From Blastocladiella emersonii ATCC 22665 (lineage: Eukaryota > Fungi > Blastocladiomycota), in NCBI GenBank assembly GCA_025594325.1, contig JANHCV010000010.1, positions 620,001 to 684,000 of the forward strand: DNA of 64,000 nt, given 5' to 3'. This document shows positions 37,901 to 48,843 of this stretch, in pieces (the stretch's first letter is position 1; every line of letters starts with the position of its first letter). The notes below the pieces were generated by a model that ran no database searches, had not been told where the DNA came from, and saw only the letters and a program-made list of their open reading frames with translations. The translations under genes were made by a program, and so were the position numbers.

Positions 37901-40900
37901 GCTCTTCCTCCAGGGCCTGCGCTTCGCCGACGGCAACGAGTCGCAGGGCACGGCGTGGGGCGGCTCAATCTTCACCTCGTCGGAGCGCTTCTGCGACCAG
38001 GTGGTCCTTCTCGCCATCCTCGCAGGCTACTCGGTCATCGCTGTCCACAGGGTCAATGCCGGTTACTCGACGCCGGCGACCTTGGGCACGACTACTGCTC
38101 ATGGGTGGTCGGTCAACTATGCCACCAGCACCAACGTGACCAACTCCCACGGCACCGCCTCGGCCGACCTGCAGTGCGTGGACGGACCGGCGTGGAGCCT
38201 CATCCTGGACAACCCCAACGCTGTCTTCATGGTGCGCCAGCTGCCCGAGGTCGCCGCCAATGGCGTTGTGCCACACACGGGTCGCCCCGTTCTTGTTTGC
38301 GCGCAACACACATCTCCGGCGACTGGTATTGTTTCTGGCTCAGCTGGTCCCTTGGCTTTCACTCACGCACCCAAGCGTTCCATACAGAGCTCGCTCCCCG
38401 CATTTCTGCCGCCAACCTTCTCGCCACGCTGCCACGCGCTCCCGTCACGTCCCTGCAGCTGCACGACCCAACCAAGACGCTGCAGCCATGCGTGCCTGCC
38501 GTTGCCGCCGAGCCCGTCGCCACCGTACCCGAGATCGCAGCGGTCCCCGTTGCTGCTGTATCTGAGATCGCAGCGGTCCCCGTCGCCGCCAAGACTGAGA
38601 TTGCAGCGGTCCCCGTCGCCGCCAAGACCGAGATCGCGGCGGTCCCTGTTGCCCCGGCGGGGACCAGTTCGCAGGTCCCGCCAACCCGTAAGCGCAGCGC
38701 AACCCAAGCGCCCGCTGCGCCCGCCGCTGCCGCCAAGAAGCCCAAGGTCACGTCGGCATCCTCCTCCTCGTTGGCATCTTCCTTGTCAACCACGGCGCCC
38801 GCGGCTTCGGCAAGTTTGGCCACAACGCCCACGGCTCCTACAAGCTCTGCCGCACCGACAACCTTGGCGGCGATGCCGGCCATGCAGACGATCTCGCGTC
38901 CCTCCGTGTCCGAGGTCAAGACGCTCGGTCACTTCTGGCCCAGTCGCCCAGGCCTGACGTACACCTGGGGGGTGCGTGAACACCATCATGTGACGTACTA
39001 CAGGGTGTACGAGGTCAACAACAGTAGCAACCACGACGGGGGGCCATTGCGGTTTGTGGGCTACTGCAAGTTGCGCCCAAAGGACGGCGTGCGCGACTTC
39101 TGCGGCGTGTAATAGCGACGCATGCCACACGCTCTCTCTCGATTCCCTCGTACCCTTGCACTTGTTTCTGGCGCCCACTCACTGTTCATTGTGAAGGCGA
39201 GCGGGCCACCATTGGGAGGGGTGGGGCCCAATGGAACTAGTTTGAATATATGAGTCTTTATTCCATACAAGAAAGGCATGGCCGCTATTGCACGTAGCCG
39301 ACGTTGAACAGGATCGAGGCAATGCTGACAGCGACCGTGATTCACAAACCAAACCAGAGTAGTTGAGGGCGACGGCCATGGTCGCCAAGTTGCTGCTGGG
39401 CAGGACAACGGCCAGGACCATGATCACGGCGATGATCACGTTGCCGAGCTGCTGCAGCTGCAGGAACAGCCACCGGTTCACCGACACCTGGTTGTAGGTC
39501 CCCGTCGACGACGTGTCAAACTTGGCCTCGGCCGCGCGCAGGAACCGCGCCTCCTCGGCACCGCCAGTCCCGCGGATCACCGACAGCCCCGCGAGCGTCT
39601 CGCTGAAGTGCGTGTACACGGGCGACGCGAGGACCAGCACGATGCGCTGCAGCTCGCGGCTGACGGCAAGGTAGATGCGCTGCAGGAACAGGAAGACGAC
39701 GGCGAGCGGGACCAGGACCACGAGGAACCACGGCGTCGCGATCACAATGGTGCCCACAATGAACGCGCACGAGAAGGCCGTCCAGATAAAGTGGTCGAGC
39801 AGCTCGGGCAGCACCGCGTCGACCTGGTTCTGGTCGCTCGACAGCCGGTTGAGCACGCGGCCCGCGGGCGTCGTGTCGAAGAAGCTCATGGGCGACCGCA
39901 GGATCGCGTGCAGCATGCGGTCCATGGTTGACCGCGCCCCGCGCACCGCTGACACCACCATCGAGTACGCAATTGACACACCATTGATCCCCGCGCCGCC
40001 AAACGTGATGGCCCCGTACACACCAAGGTAGAAGGCCGTGTCGCCGCCCTCGCTGCGCTTCAACGCCTCGCCCCATGCCGCGAGCCAGTACGTCACGCCC
40101 ATGGACACGACGGTCCCGAGCGTCGTCGTCAGCAGAACCACAGCCATGTTGCCTATTCCGCAAGCCTGGAAGTACATCCAGAAGACGCGCCAGTTGACCG
40201 AGCCCGTCGCGGCCGTCTCGGCGTTGTTGTCGCCGTCGTCGCACTGGGTATTGTCCGACAGGAGGTGCTCCGTGTCGGCGTGCAGCTGGTGCTGCAGCTG
40301 CTCGGGCTTGACGTTGGCCTTCTTGGCGGGAACGACAGCGAGCGTCTTGGACGAGTCGTTGACAGAGGACGCCAAACCGCCGCCGCCAGTCGCGGGACTC
40401 GCGTCGTCACCGCCACTGACGCGCTTGGCCTGGTACTCGTTGACCATATTCGCGACGCGCCCGCCGGTGCGCGCCATGAGCTCGGCGTAGGACCCACGCT
40501 CCGTGATCTTGCCGCCCTCAACGAGCACGATTGAGTCGACGGCGGGCTCAGCGAGGTGGTGGATCGCGTGCGTGACAAGGATCACGGTCTTGCCGCGGAG
40601 CAGCCCGTTGCGCTTGTTGAACCACGCGTTGAACATGTGCGTCTCGACGTGCACGTCGACCGCGGCGAACGGCGAGTCCATGATGATCAGGTCCGCGGCG
40701 CCCATGGCGGCCGAGTACAGGGCGCGCGCGCACGAGATGCGGGCTTGTTGGCCGCCGCTGCACTACACGGTTGGCGTTGCGCAAGTCAGAATCCGCTGCT
40801 GATCCCGAAAGCCGAGTGAAAAGAAAACGTACGTTGACACCGCGATCGCCAATCATGGTCTCGTCGCCGTTGGCAAACACCTGGAGGTCCTTGACGAGCG

Positions 40901-43109
40901 CGCACGCGTGCATGACGCGGGCGTACTGATCAGCGTCGAAGGCGAGGCCAAAGGTCACATTGTTGCGGATCGTGTCGTTGAGGATCCAGGGCTTCTGCGG
41001 CACGCATGCTACCGAGCCCTGCAGCCGCACCGTGCCCGTGTCGCCGACGCGGTAGATCTCGCCGAGCGTGGCCGCGACGAGGGCCGACTTGCCCGCACCG
41101 ACCGCACCGACGATCGCCATCAGGGTGCCGGGCGCGACGGAAAAGTCGCTGACCGAGAGCACCGTGGTCCCGTCGACGAAGGCGAACTCGGCGTTGGAGA
41201 TCTGGACCGCGGGGCCCGTGGACTTGCCGTCGCTGGGGCTCGGCATGCGCTCGACGTACGGCGCGAGCTCGCGGGCGAGGAGGAACTCGTGGATGCGCTT
41301 GAGCGACGCGTAGCCCTCGAGGAGCGGGTCGAACCCCCACACGATGGCCTGGAGCGGGTGGTCGAGCATGCGCAGGATCGACAGCGTGACGAAGATGCGG
41401 TTGGCGTCGAGCGAGTTGGGCGGCGACACGAGCGCGTAGACGGCGAAGAGGAGGAAGCTCGAGATCGTGGGCACGACGAAGGAGATGGAGATCTGGCCCG
41501 CCATGAGCCACGCCTTGTGGCGGATCGCGTCGAGCTCCTTCTCGCGGTACGCCAGGATCCGCTCCCGCATCACGCCCGTCCACCCGTACAGCTTGAGGCT
41601 CTTGATGGCGTTGAGCGCCTCGGCCGACGTCTTGATGCGCAGGTCCGTCTGGGCGAGCGACGCGGTGCGCCAGAACGTGAGCCGGTCGGCGAACACGCCG
41701 AGGACGGGCAGGAACGCGACCATGCACCCGAGGGCCACGAGCATCGCCCACCCGACCTGCCGGTACAGCAGGTAGCACGCGACGACGAGCGAGAGCGGCG
41801 CCGTGATCATGTCGGCGAGCGCCATGATCGCGTTCGACACGCTGGTCGCGTCGACCTGCATGTAGTTGAGGATCTCGCCCGAGTCGGACGCCTGGTCGTG
41901 CGCCGGGATCCGCAGGCCCTTGCGGTACACGAGGTTCTGCAGCGCGGCCTTGATGCGGATCTGCTCGACGAACACGAAGTGGTACGCCTGCCCGAACAGC
42001 AGGCTGCCGACCGAGTTGACGGCAAAGAACAGGACCGCGACCACGACCCCCTCGCCCACCGGCCGTGCGGCGCCCGTCCCGCGGTCCGTCAGGTACGTAA
42101 TAAAGTACGAGATGAACGACGGCGTGGTGAACTGGAGCAGCGCCATGGCCGTCGACAGGAACGCGATCAGCGCGTACCGCACGCCGAACGTGCGGATCAC
42201 GGCGCGGTTGAGCGACGGCTGCATCTCGGCGTGCTTCCCCGCCGGTTCCGCTGCACGCATTTGCGCGACGCGCGTGCGCTCGGCGTCCCAGCTGGCGACG
42301 AGCCGGTCGCAGTTAGGCTTGGCGCGCAGGAACTCGGGGAGGCGCCACAGATCGGTGAGCTCGATGACCTTGCGGTTGCCGCGCGCGAGCAGGTCGTAGG
42401 CCCAGAAGAACATGAGTTTCGACAGGTACGAGGCCGTGAGCTCGGGCGACTCGCGCTCGCCCGCCGGCACCACGTGCGCGGGACGCGTCTCGCGCGGCTT
42501 GACCGACACGTTCTCGGCGAGGAGCAGGACGAGGGTCACGGCGAGCTGGGCCACGGTTACGAAGAGCTGAGCGCGCGGGGTCGCCGCATCGTCGAGGACG
42601 AGCGAACGCACGTGCACGGCGAGGTAGATGACGAGCATCCCGTAGAGGGAGCAGATGGACGTCGACGGGCGGCGGCTACGGTGGTGCTCGAGCGGGTGCA
42701 CGACGAGCGCGACGAGGGCGAGCGGGAGGCAGATGAAGGCGGCGCCGAGGATCAGGGCGGCGTAGCTCGTCGGGATCACGGCGGCGACGACGACCGCGGC
42801 AACGGCGAGGGCCAGGTTCAGCGCGCTCGCGGCCCGCTTGAAGTAATACAGCGTAGTCAGCTGCGCGCGCATGTCGTCGGGCAGCAGCGGCTTACGGGCC
42901 AGGAAGCGGCGGCGGTTGGCGAGCGCGGCGAGCGCGACGAGCGACAGGCATGGGAGCACGATGCTGGTCTGGAAGCAGAGGTCGAAGTCGAGCTCCTCGG
43001 ACTGGGCGACGATCGACTACGGGGTGTGCGAGCATGTGGTGAGCTCCTGCACTGGTTCCAGCGGGTGAGCGCGGCGTACCAGTCCTCGGCCGTTTGGACA
43101 GAACGTCAT
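34994..43109 (-). CDS. ABCC/MRP ABC transporter (TMD0-TMD1-NBD1-TMD2-NBD2), multi-exon, interrupted in TMD2 by a 3.24-kb insertion
   Basis: MTFCPNG..|..[11 protein letters not shown]; [11 protein letters not shown]; NBD1 [13 protein letters not shown]|[10 protein letters not shown]; [14 protein letters not shown]; NBD2 KIGIVGR|[39 protein letters not shown]. No lesion seen other than the insertion. Confidence 0.93.
36663..39112 (+). CDS. Free-standing intein-derived protein: Hint-N-like + LAGLIDADG (DOD) endonuclease + Hint-C-like + repeat linker + small C-terminal domain; ~795 aa; intron 38326-38387
   Basis: [41 protein letters not shown] (blocks A/B-like); LYGYWLSDG (37464-37490); [10 protein letters not shown] (37905-37934); [22 protein letters not shown]; [20 protein letters not shown]...GRPVLVCAQ (blocks F/G-like). 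A 62-nt GTATTG...ATACAG intron joins ORFs 36429-38957 and 37853-39112 in frame. Confidence 0.8.
38531..38652 (+). repeat. Coding minisatellite, 4 x 33 nt ([11 protein letters not shown])
   Basis: Repeated gagatcgcagcggtccccgtcgccgccaagact units. Confidence 0.9.
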
Positions 43110-43642
43110 GTCGAAGAATCAAGTTGCATATATGAGATCGAGGCAGGGATCGAAAGGGGACGACACGGCTTTTAACTGCCCCGCGGCACGGACCTGTCGC
43201 CCCTCCCCCGCAGTGCAACGCTGACGATATCCCTCGCCCAGGATGATCCCCGCGTCGCGGCGGTAAATCTGGAAGATATCAAGGGTGGTCCCTGAAGGAC
43301 CGGCAGAAGTGGGCGTCTGGACGAGTTCTCCCGCGGGCGCCCGATCGCGACGCCCGGGAGAACTTGTCGTCGCGTCAACGGCCTGCCCGGGCCGACTCGC
43401 GCCTCGGGCACCGCCATGCGTGGGCCGCGTGTTTCATTGAGTTGTTCGTGCGCATCATCCGGAGCAGTAGAGGGAGGAGTGGAGAGGGGACGTGAAAAAG
43501 TGTCTCGCGGCGGAGACGCGTCGACGCGGTGTGGCGCGCCTCGCACGTGCGGGTTTGGGGACGGCGTTCGGCCCGACCGCTTCCGCGTCGCCGCTCCCCT
43601 CCTCTCTCTCCCTCCTTGCCCATCCATCACCCGCACCCAGCC

Positions 43643-44632
43643 ATGTACTCTTTGCTGCGCACCGCCGCCATGCTGGCGACCCGCCGCGCCTACGCCACCA
43701 CCGCGGGCTCGCGCGGCCGCGTCAAGATCGTCGAGGTCGGGCCGCGCGACGGCCTGCAGAACGAGAAGCAGGTGATCCCGACCGCCACGAAAGTCGAGCT
43801 GATCAACCGACTCGCCGAGGAGGCCAAGCTGACGCACATCGAGGCCACGGCCTTCGTGTCGCCCAAGTGGGTCCCGCAGATGGCCGACAACGCGGCGGTC
43901 CTCTCCGCAATCCGCCGCGCGCCAGGCGTGACCTACTCGGTGCTGACGCCCAACGTCAAGGGGCTCGAGGGCGCGCTGTCCGCGCGCGCGGGCGAGGTGG
44001 CCATTTTCGGCGCGGCCTCGGAGGCCTTCTCGCGCAAGAACATCAACTGCTCGATCGCCGAGTCGCTGGCGCGGTTCGAGGACGTGATGCGCGAGGCGCG
44101 CGCGCACGCCGTGCCCGTGCGCGGGTACGTGTCGTGCGTGCTCGGGTGTCCGTACGAGGGCGCGGTCGCCCCCGAAAAGGTGGCCGAGGTCGCCGCGAAG
44201 CTGCTCGACATGGGCTGCCACGAGATCTCGCTCGGCGACACGATCGGCGTGGGCACGCCCGGGTCCATGGCGCGCATGCTCGACCACGTGCTGCGCATCG
44301 TCCCCGTCGACAAGGTCGCGGTCCACTGCCACGACACGTACGGCCAGGCACTCGCCAACATCGTGGTGGCCCTCGACAAGGGCGTGCGGACCGTCGATGC
44401 GAGTGTCGCCGGGCTCGGCGGGTGCCCGTACGCCAAGGGCGCGTCGGGCAACGTGGCCACCGAGGACGTCGTTTACATGCTCCACGGTATGGGCTACGAG
44501 ACGGGCGCTGACCTCGCCAGCCTCGTCAAGATCGGTAACTGGATCTCCAACGAGCTCGGCCGCCCCAACGGCAGCAAGGTCGGCCGCGCGATGCAGGGCG
44601 CGTCGCCCGCCGAGATCAAGAGCAAGCTGTAA
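43643..44632 (+). CDS. HMGCL: Mitochondrial HMG-CoA lyase
   Basis: [15 protein letters not shown]; [10 protein letters not shown]; [13 protein letters not shown]; [13 protein letters not shown]; [22 protein letters not shown]. Confidence 0.97.
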   Translation: MYSLLRTAAMLATRRAYATTAGSRGRVKIVEVGPRDGLQNEKQVIPTATKVELINRLAEEAKLTHIEATAFVSPKWVPQMADNAAVLSAIRRAPGVTYSVLTPNVKGLEGALSARAGEVAIFGAASEAFSRKNINCSIAESLARFEDVMREARAHAVPVRGYVSCVLGCPYEGAVAPEKVAEVAAKLLDMGCHEISLGDTIGVGTPGSMARMLDHVLRIVPVDKVAVHCHDTYGQALANIVVALDKGVRTVDASVAGLGGCPYAKGASGNVATEDVVYMLHGMGYETGADLASLVKIGNWISNELGRPNGSKVGRAMQGASPAEIKSKL

Positions 44633-44727
44633 GTAGGAACCGACTAAAACACAAGGGCGCGGTCCGCCCTTTTTATCCATACAAAATAATATCGGGATTG
44701 CATATCACATGCATTCATGCGCGACAT

Positions 44728-45909
44728 CTAGGCCTTGGTCGCCTCCTCCTCGAACGCGAGCAGCAGCTTCTTCTCCTCAACGAGGTCGCCGACCTTGTAG
44801 TGCACCCGAGCGACGACGCCGTCGACGGGCGACCGCATGACGTGCTCCATCTTCATGGCCTCGAGGATCACGAGCGGCTGGCCCTTGGCCACCTTGTCGC
44901 CCGGCTGCACCATCACCTGCGCGATCTTGCACGGCATGGGCGTGCGCACCGACCCGCCGGCGTCGTCGGCCTTGCGCGTCTCCTGGACGTACTTGGGCTC
45001 GGGCACCACGAACGTGTGCTTGACGGCGCCGTGCTGCGCCTGGCCCGTGGCCGTGCCCGACGCGAACACGTGCACGTGGTCGCCCTCGAGAACGACCGTC
45101 GACTTGACCAGGTGCGTGCCGAGGTCGAGCGTCACCTCGCGCGCAGACTCGCTGAAGTGCGCGCCGGGCGCCACGCGGAACGTCGCGTCGGGCACGCCGG
45201 GCACGCGCACCGTCACGGCGTACCCGGTGGCGGGCGACCGCGACACGGACACGTCGGCCGTCAGGTCGCCGAACGTGAGCGCGAGCGACTGCTCCTGGTC
45301 GAGGTTGAGGCGCTTACCCGCGAGCGCGGTCCAGGGCCCGGCGTTGGTCGCGGCGGTGCCGGCGGTGGCGGGGACGCCGGGCTCGGCGCGCAGGACGAGG
45401 GCCATGGCGGCGGCGAGCACGGCCTCGGCGGCGGGCCGGTCGAGCGGGACGACGAGGTCGGCCTTGAACTTGTCGATGAACCCGGTCTCGACGTTGGCGG
45501 CCTTGAACTCGGGGTGGCGCGCGAGCGCCTTGAGGAACTCGATGTTGGTATTGAGCCCGACCACCTTGTACTCGTCGAGCCCGTGCGCGAGCTTGGCGAG
45601 GGCCGCGGCGCGGTCCTTGCCGTGGACCACGAGCTTGGCGATCATCGGGTCGTAGAACACGGACACCTCGTCGCCCTGGCGCACGCCCGTCTCGACGCGC
45701 AGGGACTCGGTGGGCGTCGGCGTCGCGAGGTGCAGGAGCGGACCCGTGTCAGGGAGGAACTGGTTCTGCGGGTTCTCGGCGTAGATGCGCGCCTCGAACG
45801 ACCACCCATTGATGCGCAGGTCGGCCTGCTTCTTGGGCAGCGGGTTGCCGGCCGCGACCTGCAGCTGCCACTCGACGAGGTCGGTGCCCGTGATCATCTC
45901 GGTCACGGG

Positions 45910-45946
<37 letters not shown>

Positions 45947-46289
45947 AAGAATTGCTTGGTGGTGGCGTCCATGATGAACTCGACGGTGCCGGCGCCACGG
46001 TAGTTGACGGCCTTGGCGGCGGCGACAGCCTTCTCGCCGAGCTCGCGGCGCAGTTCCTCGCTGAGGTCGGGCGCGGGGGCCTCCTCGATGGTCTTCTGGT
46101 GGCGGCGCTGGACCGAGCAGTCGCGCTCGAACAGGTACACAGCGTCGCCGTGGCCGTCGGCAAACACCTGGACCTCGACGTGGCGCGGGGTCTGCAGGTA
46201 CTTTTCGACGAGCACGCGGCCGTCGCCAAACGACTTGATGGCCTCGCGCTGCGCCGACGCCAGCATCTCGTCGAACTCGGCCTCGGACT

Positions 46290-46320
<31 letters not shown>

Positions 46321-46993
46321 CTTGACCGCCTTGATCAGCACCGGGTACCCGATCTTCTTGCACTGCTCCTTGAGGAACGTCGGGTCCTGGTTATCCCCAT
46401 GGTAACCCGGCACGACGGGCACCTTGGCGGCCTCCATGATCTTCTTGGACTCGGACTTGGACCCCATGGCAGCGATCGCCGAGGCGGGCGGCCCGATGAA
46501 GACGAGGTCCGACGCGTGCAGCTGCTCGGCGAAGCCCGCGTTCTCGGACAGGAACCCGTAGCCCGGGTGGATGGCCTGGGCGCCCGTGCGCTTGGCCACG
46601 TCAATGATCTTGTCCATGCGCAGGTACGACTCGCTCGAGGGCGCCGGGCCAATGCAGTACGCCTCGTCGGCCATCTGCACGTGCAGCGCGTCGCGGTCCG
46701 CCTCGCTGTACACGGCCACGCACTTGACGCCCAGCCGCTGCGCCGTGCGCATCACGCGGCACGCGATCTCGCCGCGGTTGGCGATCAGGATTTTGTCGAA
46801 CGGCGGCTTGATCGTCGACGCTACCAAGGGTTGTGGTGCGCGTGAGCAACTGCTCTTCGCAAACGTTGTGTTGCGACCGTCACGTACTCGGCGCGGCCGT
46901 CGCGAGCGACCGGACCAGCGACAGGTGCGCGGGGCGGCTGGCGCGGAACCCGGCGCGGCCCACGGCCGGCAGGATGTAGCGGAGGGCGCTCAT
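44728..46993 (-). CDS. MCCC1: 3-methylcrotonyl-CoA carboxylase alpha (biotin carboxylase + biotinyl domain), intron after the transit-peptide exon
   Basis: FDKILIANRGEIACR; IHPGYGFLSEN; ERDCSVQRRHQK; EMNTRLQVEHPVTE; EAMKME biotin motif. Exon 1 (MSALRYILP...) joins in frame via GTACGT...GGTAG. MCC rather than PCC is inferred from similarity and the adjacent HMGCL. Confidence 0.9.
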
Positions 46994-47406
46994 GGCGAGG
47001 GCGAGGTCGAGGTCGATGCGTTGCAATATATGTAGTCGGCACGGCCGATCCTCGGTCGTTCTCTCCCCGAAAGAGAGGGGAGGGGATCGGCGAGCGGGGC
47101 CGAGCGTGGCGGCGGCGGCGACCCGGCAGCGCGTGCTGGAAATCGTGGGGCTGCGTCACGTGGCTCGGGACTTTTCGTGTCGGCCTTCCCCAAGCAAGCC
47201 GCCGAGCTTACGCCGAGCTTAGCCTGCCGCTCGTGCTCTTTGCTCGATCACGGCCGGATCAATCAATGAATGCAACAACGGCTTGGTGTCCGATTATTGT
47301 GCAACGAGAGGGTGGTTTACATGGAGTGAGTGAGTGAGCGAGCGACCAGGCGCCTACGCCAGCGAGCCCGCCTCGACAGCGAACGGTCCGCGTCGCCCGA
47401 AAAAGT

Positions 47407-48459
47407 CTACCACACGTCGTCAGCTACGGCTCTCAGCGACACTGAGCATGCCCGCGTACCAATGTGCTCGACCTCGATCAGCGCCGGGACCGGGTGCGCC
47501 GGCTGGTGCATCAGGACCACGACGTGCCGGACCAACCGCGGCGACGCGCACGTCGCGACCAGGGACCCGTCGTCGCCCAGCGGCGCGAACGGTGTCACGG
47601 TCCATCCCTTCGTGGAGGGAACCGACGCCGGGTCGATCCCGCCGCGCTGACGCTGGTGCTCGGTCCATGCCTCGAGGTCTACGCGGGATTGGCGGTGTGA
47701 GGGTTGATCGCGCGGAGCGGGTGAGGGCGTACCCGAACGAGAGAACGGCTCGAGCGACGCGATCACGATCCCCGACTGCCGCGCGACGCGCGAGTACAGG
47801 CGGATCTCGTGCAGCTCGAAGCACGCGCCGCGCACCGTGTTGAACGAGAGTCTACATCCGCGACACGAGGTCGGCGCCGTTCATGAAGGTCGAGCAGCTC
47901 TGGCGTACCTTGGCCGCAGCGGATCCACCAGCGCGCCCGGCCGGTACTTGGTGTACAGGAACGAGAAGCACTTCTTACTGCTACTCTCCCGCCGCAATAC
48001 GTCAGCCCCACTCCCCCTCACCCTCTCAGACATCGCGTACCGAACGACCCAGTCCTCGCCGGGTGTACACTCGAACGCCGCGTTCTGCGTGTCACCTCCC
48101 GCCGCACAGTTCCCCGCCACGCACGACCGCGGGTACGGCCGCGTGAACGCGCGCCGGCTGCGCAGCAGCACCGCCGTGGCCGGCGTCCCGTCGCGCCACT
48201 CGGCCGGCGGTGGGTGGTACGGTTCTCGCGGGACCAGGATCCCGTTGCGCCGGCGCACGAGGAGCGGGACGGGCTGCGCGGGCTCGGACTCGTCGGCGCC
48301 CAGGGTGAGCCGGCGGTCGCGCCGCGCACGGTCGGTGCGGGACGGGAGTGGCCAGCCTTCGGCCGCGGCGGCGGTGGCGGCGCTCGGCGGGGTGTCGTGG
48401 TCGATGGCAGGGCCACGGGTTGGCGAGAGCGAGACTGGATCGATAGTGCGTGATGGCAT
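47407..48459 (-). CDS. Hypothetical intron-containing gene, possibly degenerate
   Basis: GC3-biased segments (DWVVRYAMSE; SFNTVRGACFELHEIRLYSRV; LVRHVVVLMHQP) separated by intron-like tracts; an apparent frame break near 47850-47900 is unresolved. Confidence 0.4.
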
Positions 48460-48843
48460 AGTCAGAATGAGTTACAGAGCAAGTTGTAGTGAGTGGGTTA
48501 GTTAGGCAAGTCTTCCACGCCTGATTTGGAGAGCGGGAGAGGAGACGCGGGCCGGGTGGGAAACGGAGAGCCGTGCGACGCGTCGGGTCACGCGAACTCA
48601 AGGCCCGGGCTCCGCCTGTTACCACGGCGGTCCCTGACTGCACTAAGCTCCGCTCGAGCCCCGACTGGGCGTCTGTCTCTGGAATATTTTTTTTTTGTCG
48701 CTCAACAGCCTTGCCAACGGCCATCGACTGCGCAAGAGCCGCGTCGCGTCGCGTTTCAGCGTCACGTGAGGTGATCGGCGCGCCTTCAAGCCGTGCGCAG
48801 CCGCTCGCCGCCCGTTCTCCCTCATACCCGCGCCGCCCTCTTA

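Larger units (their letters stand above)
36119..39356 (+). mobile_element. 3238-bp insertion into the ABCC coding sequence flanked by a GAG direct repeat; no TIRs
   Basis: Plus strand ...GTTGACC-GAG-[GACAAC...AAACCA]-GAG-TAGTTG...; removal restores minus-strand AAC TAC TCG GTC AAC CTC ([21 protein letters not shown]). Confidence 0.85.

Noticed and set aside
36119-39356. Classifying the insertion as a TIR transposon, Helitron, retroelement, group I intron or in-frame intein
   Set aside because: No terminal repeats, Helitron ends or poly-A; nuclear protein-coding context with no ribozyme structure recognised; the gene is antisense to ABCC so it cannot be an intein of it.
40908-46845. Long ORFs 40908-43175(+), 43172-44680(-) and 44698-46845(+)
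   Set aside because: GC-rich antisense shadows of ABCC, HMGCL and MCCC1.
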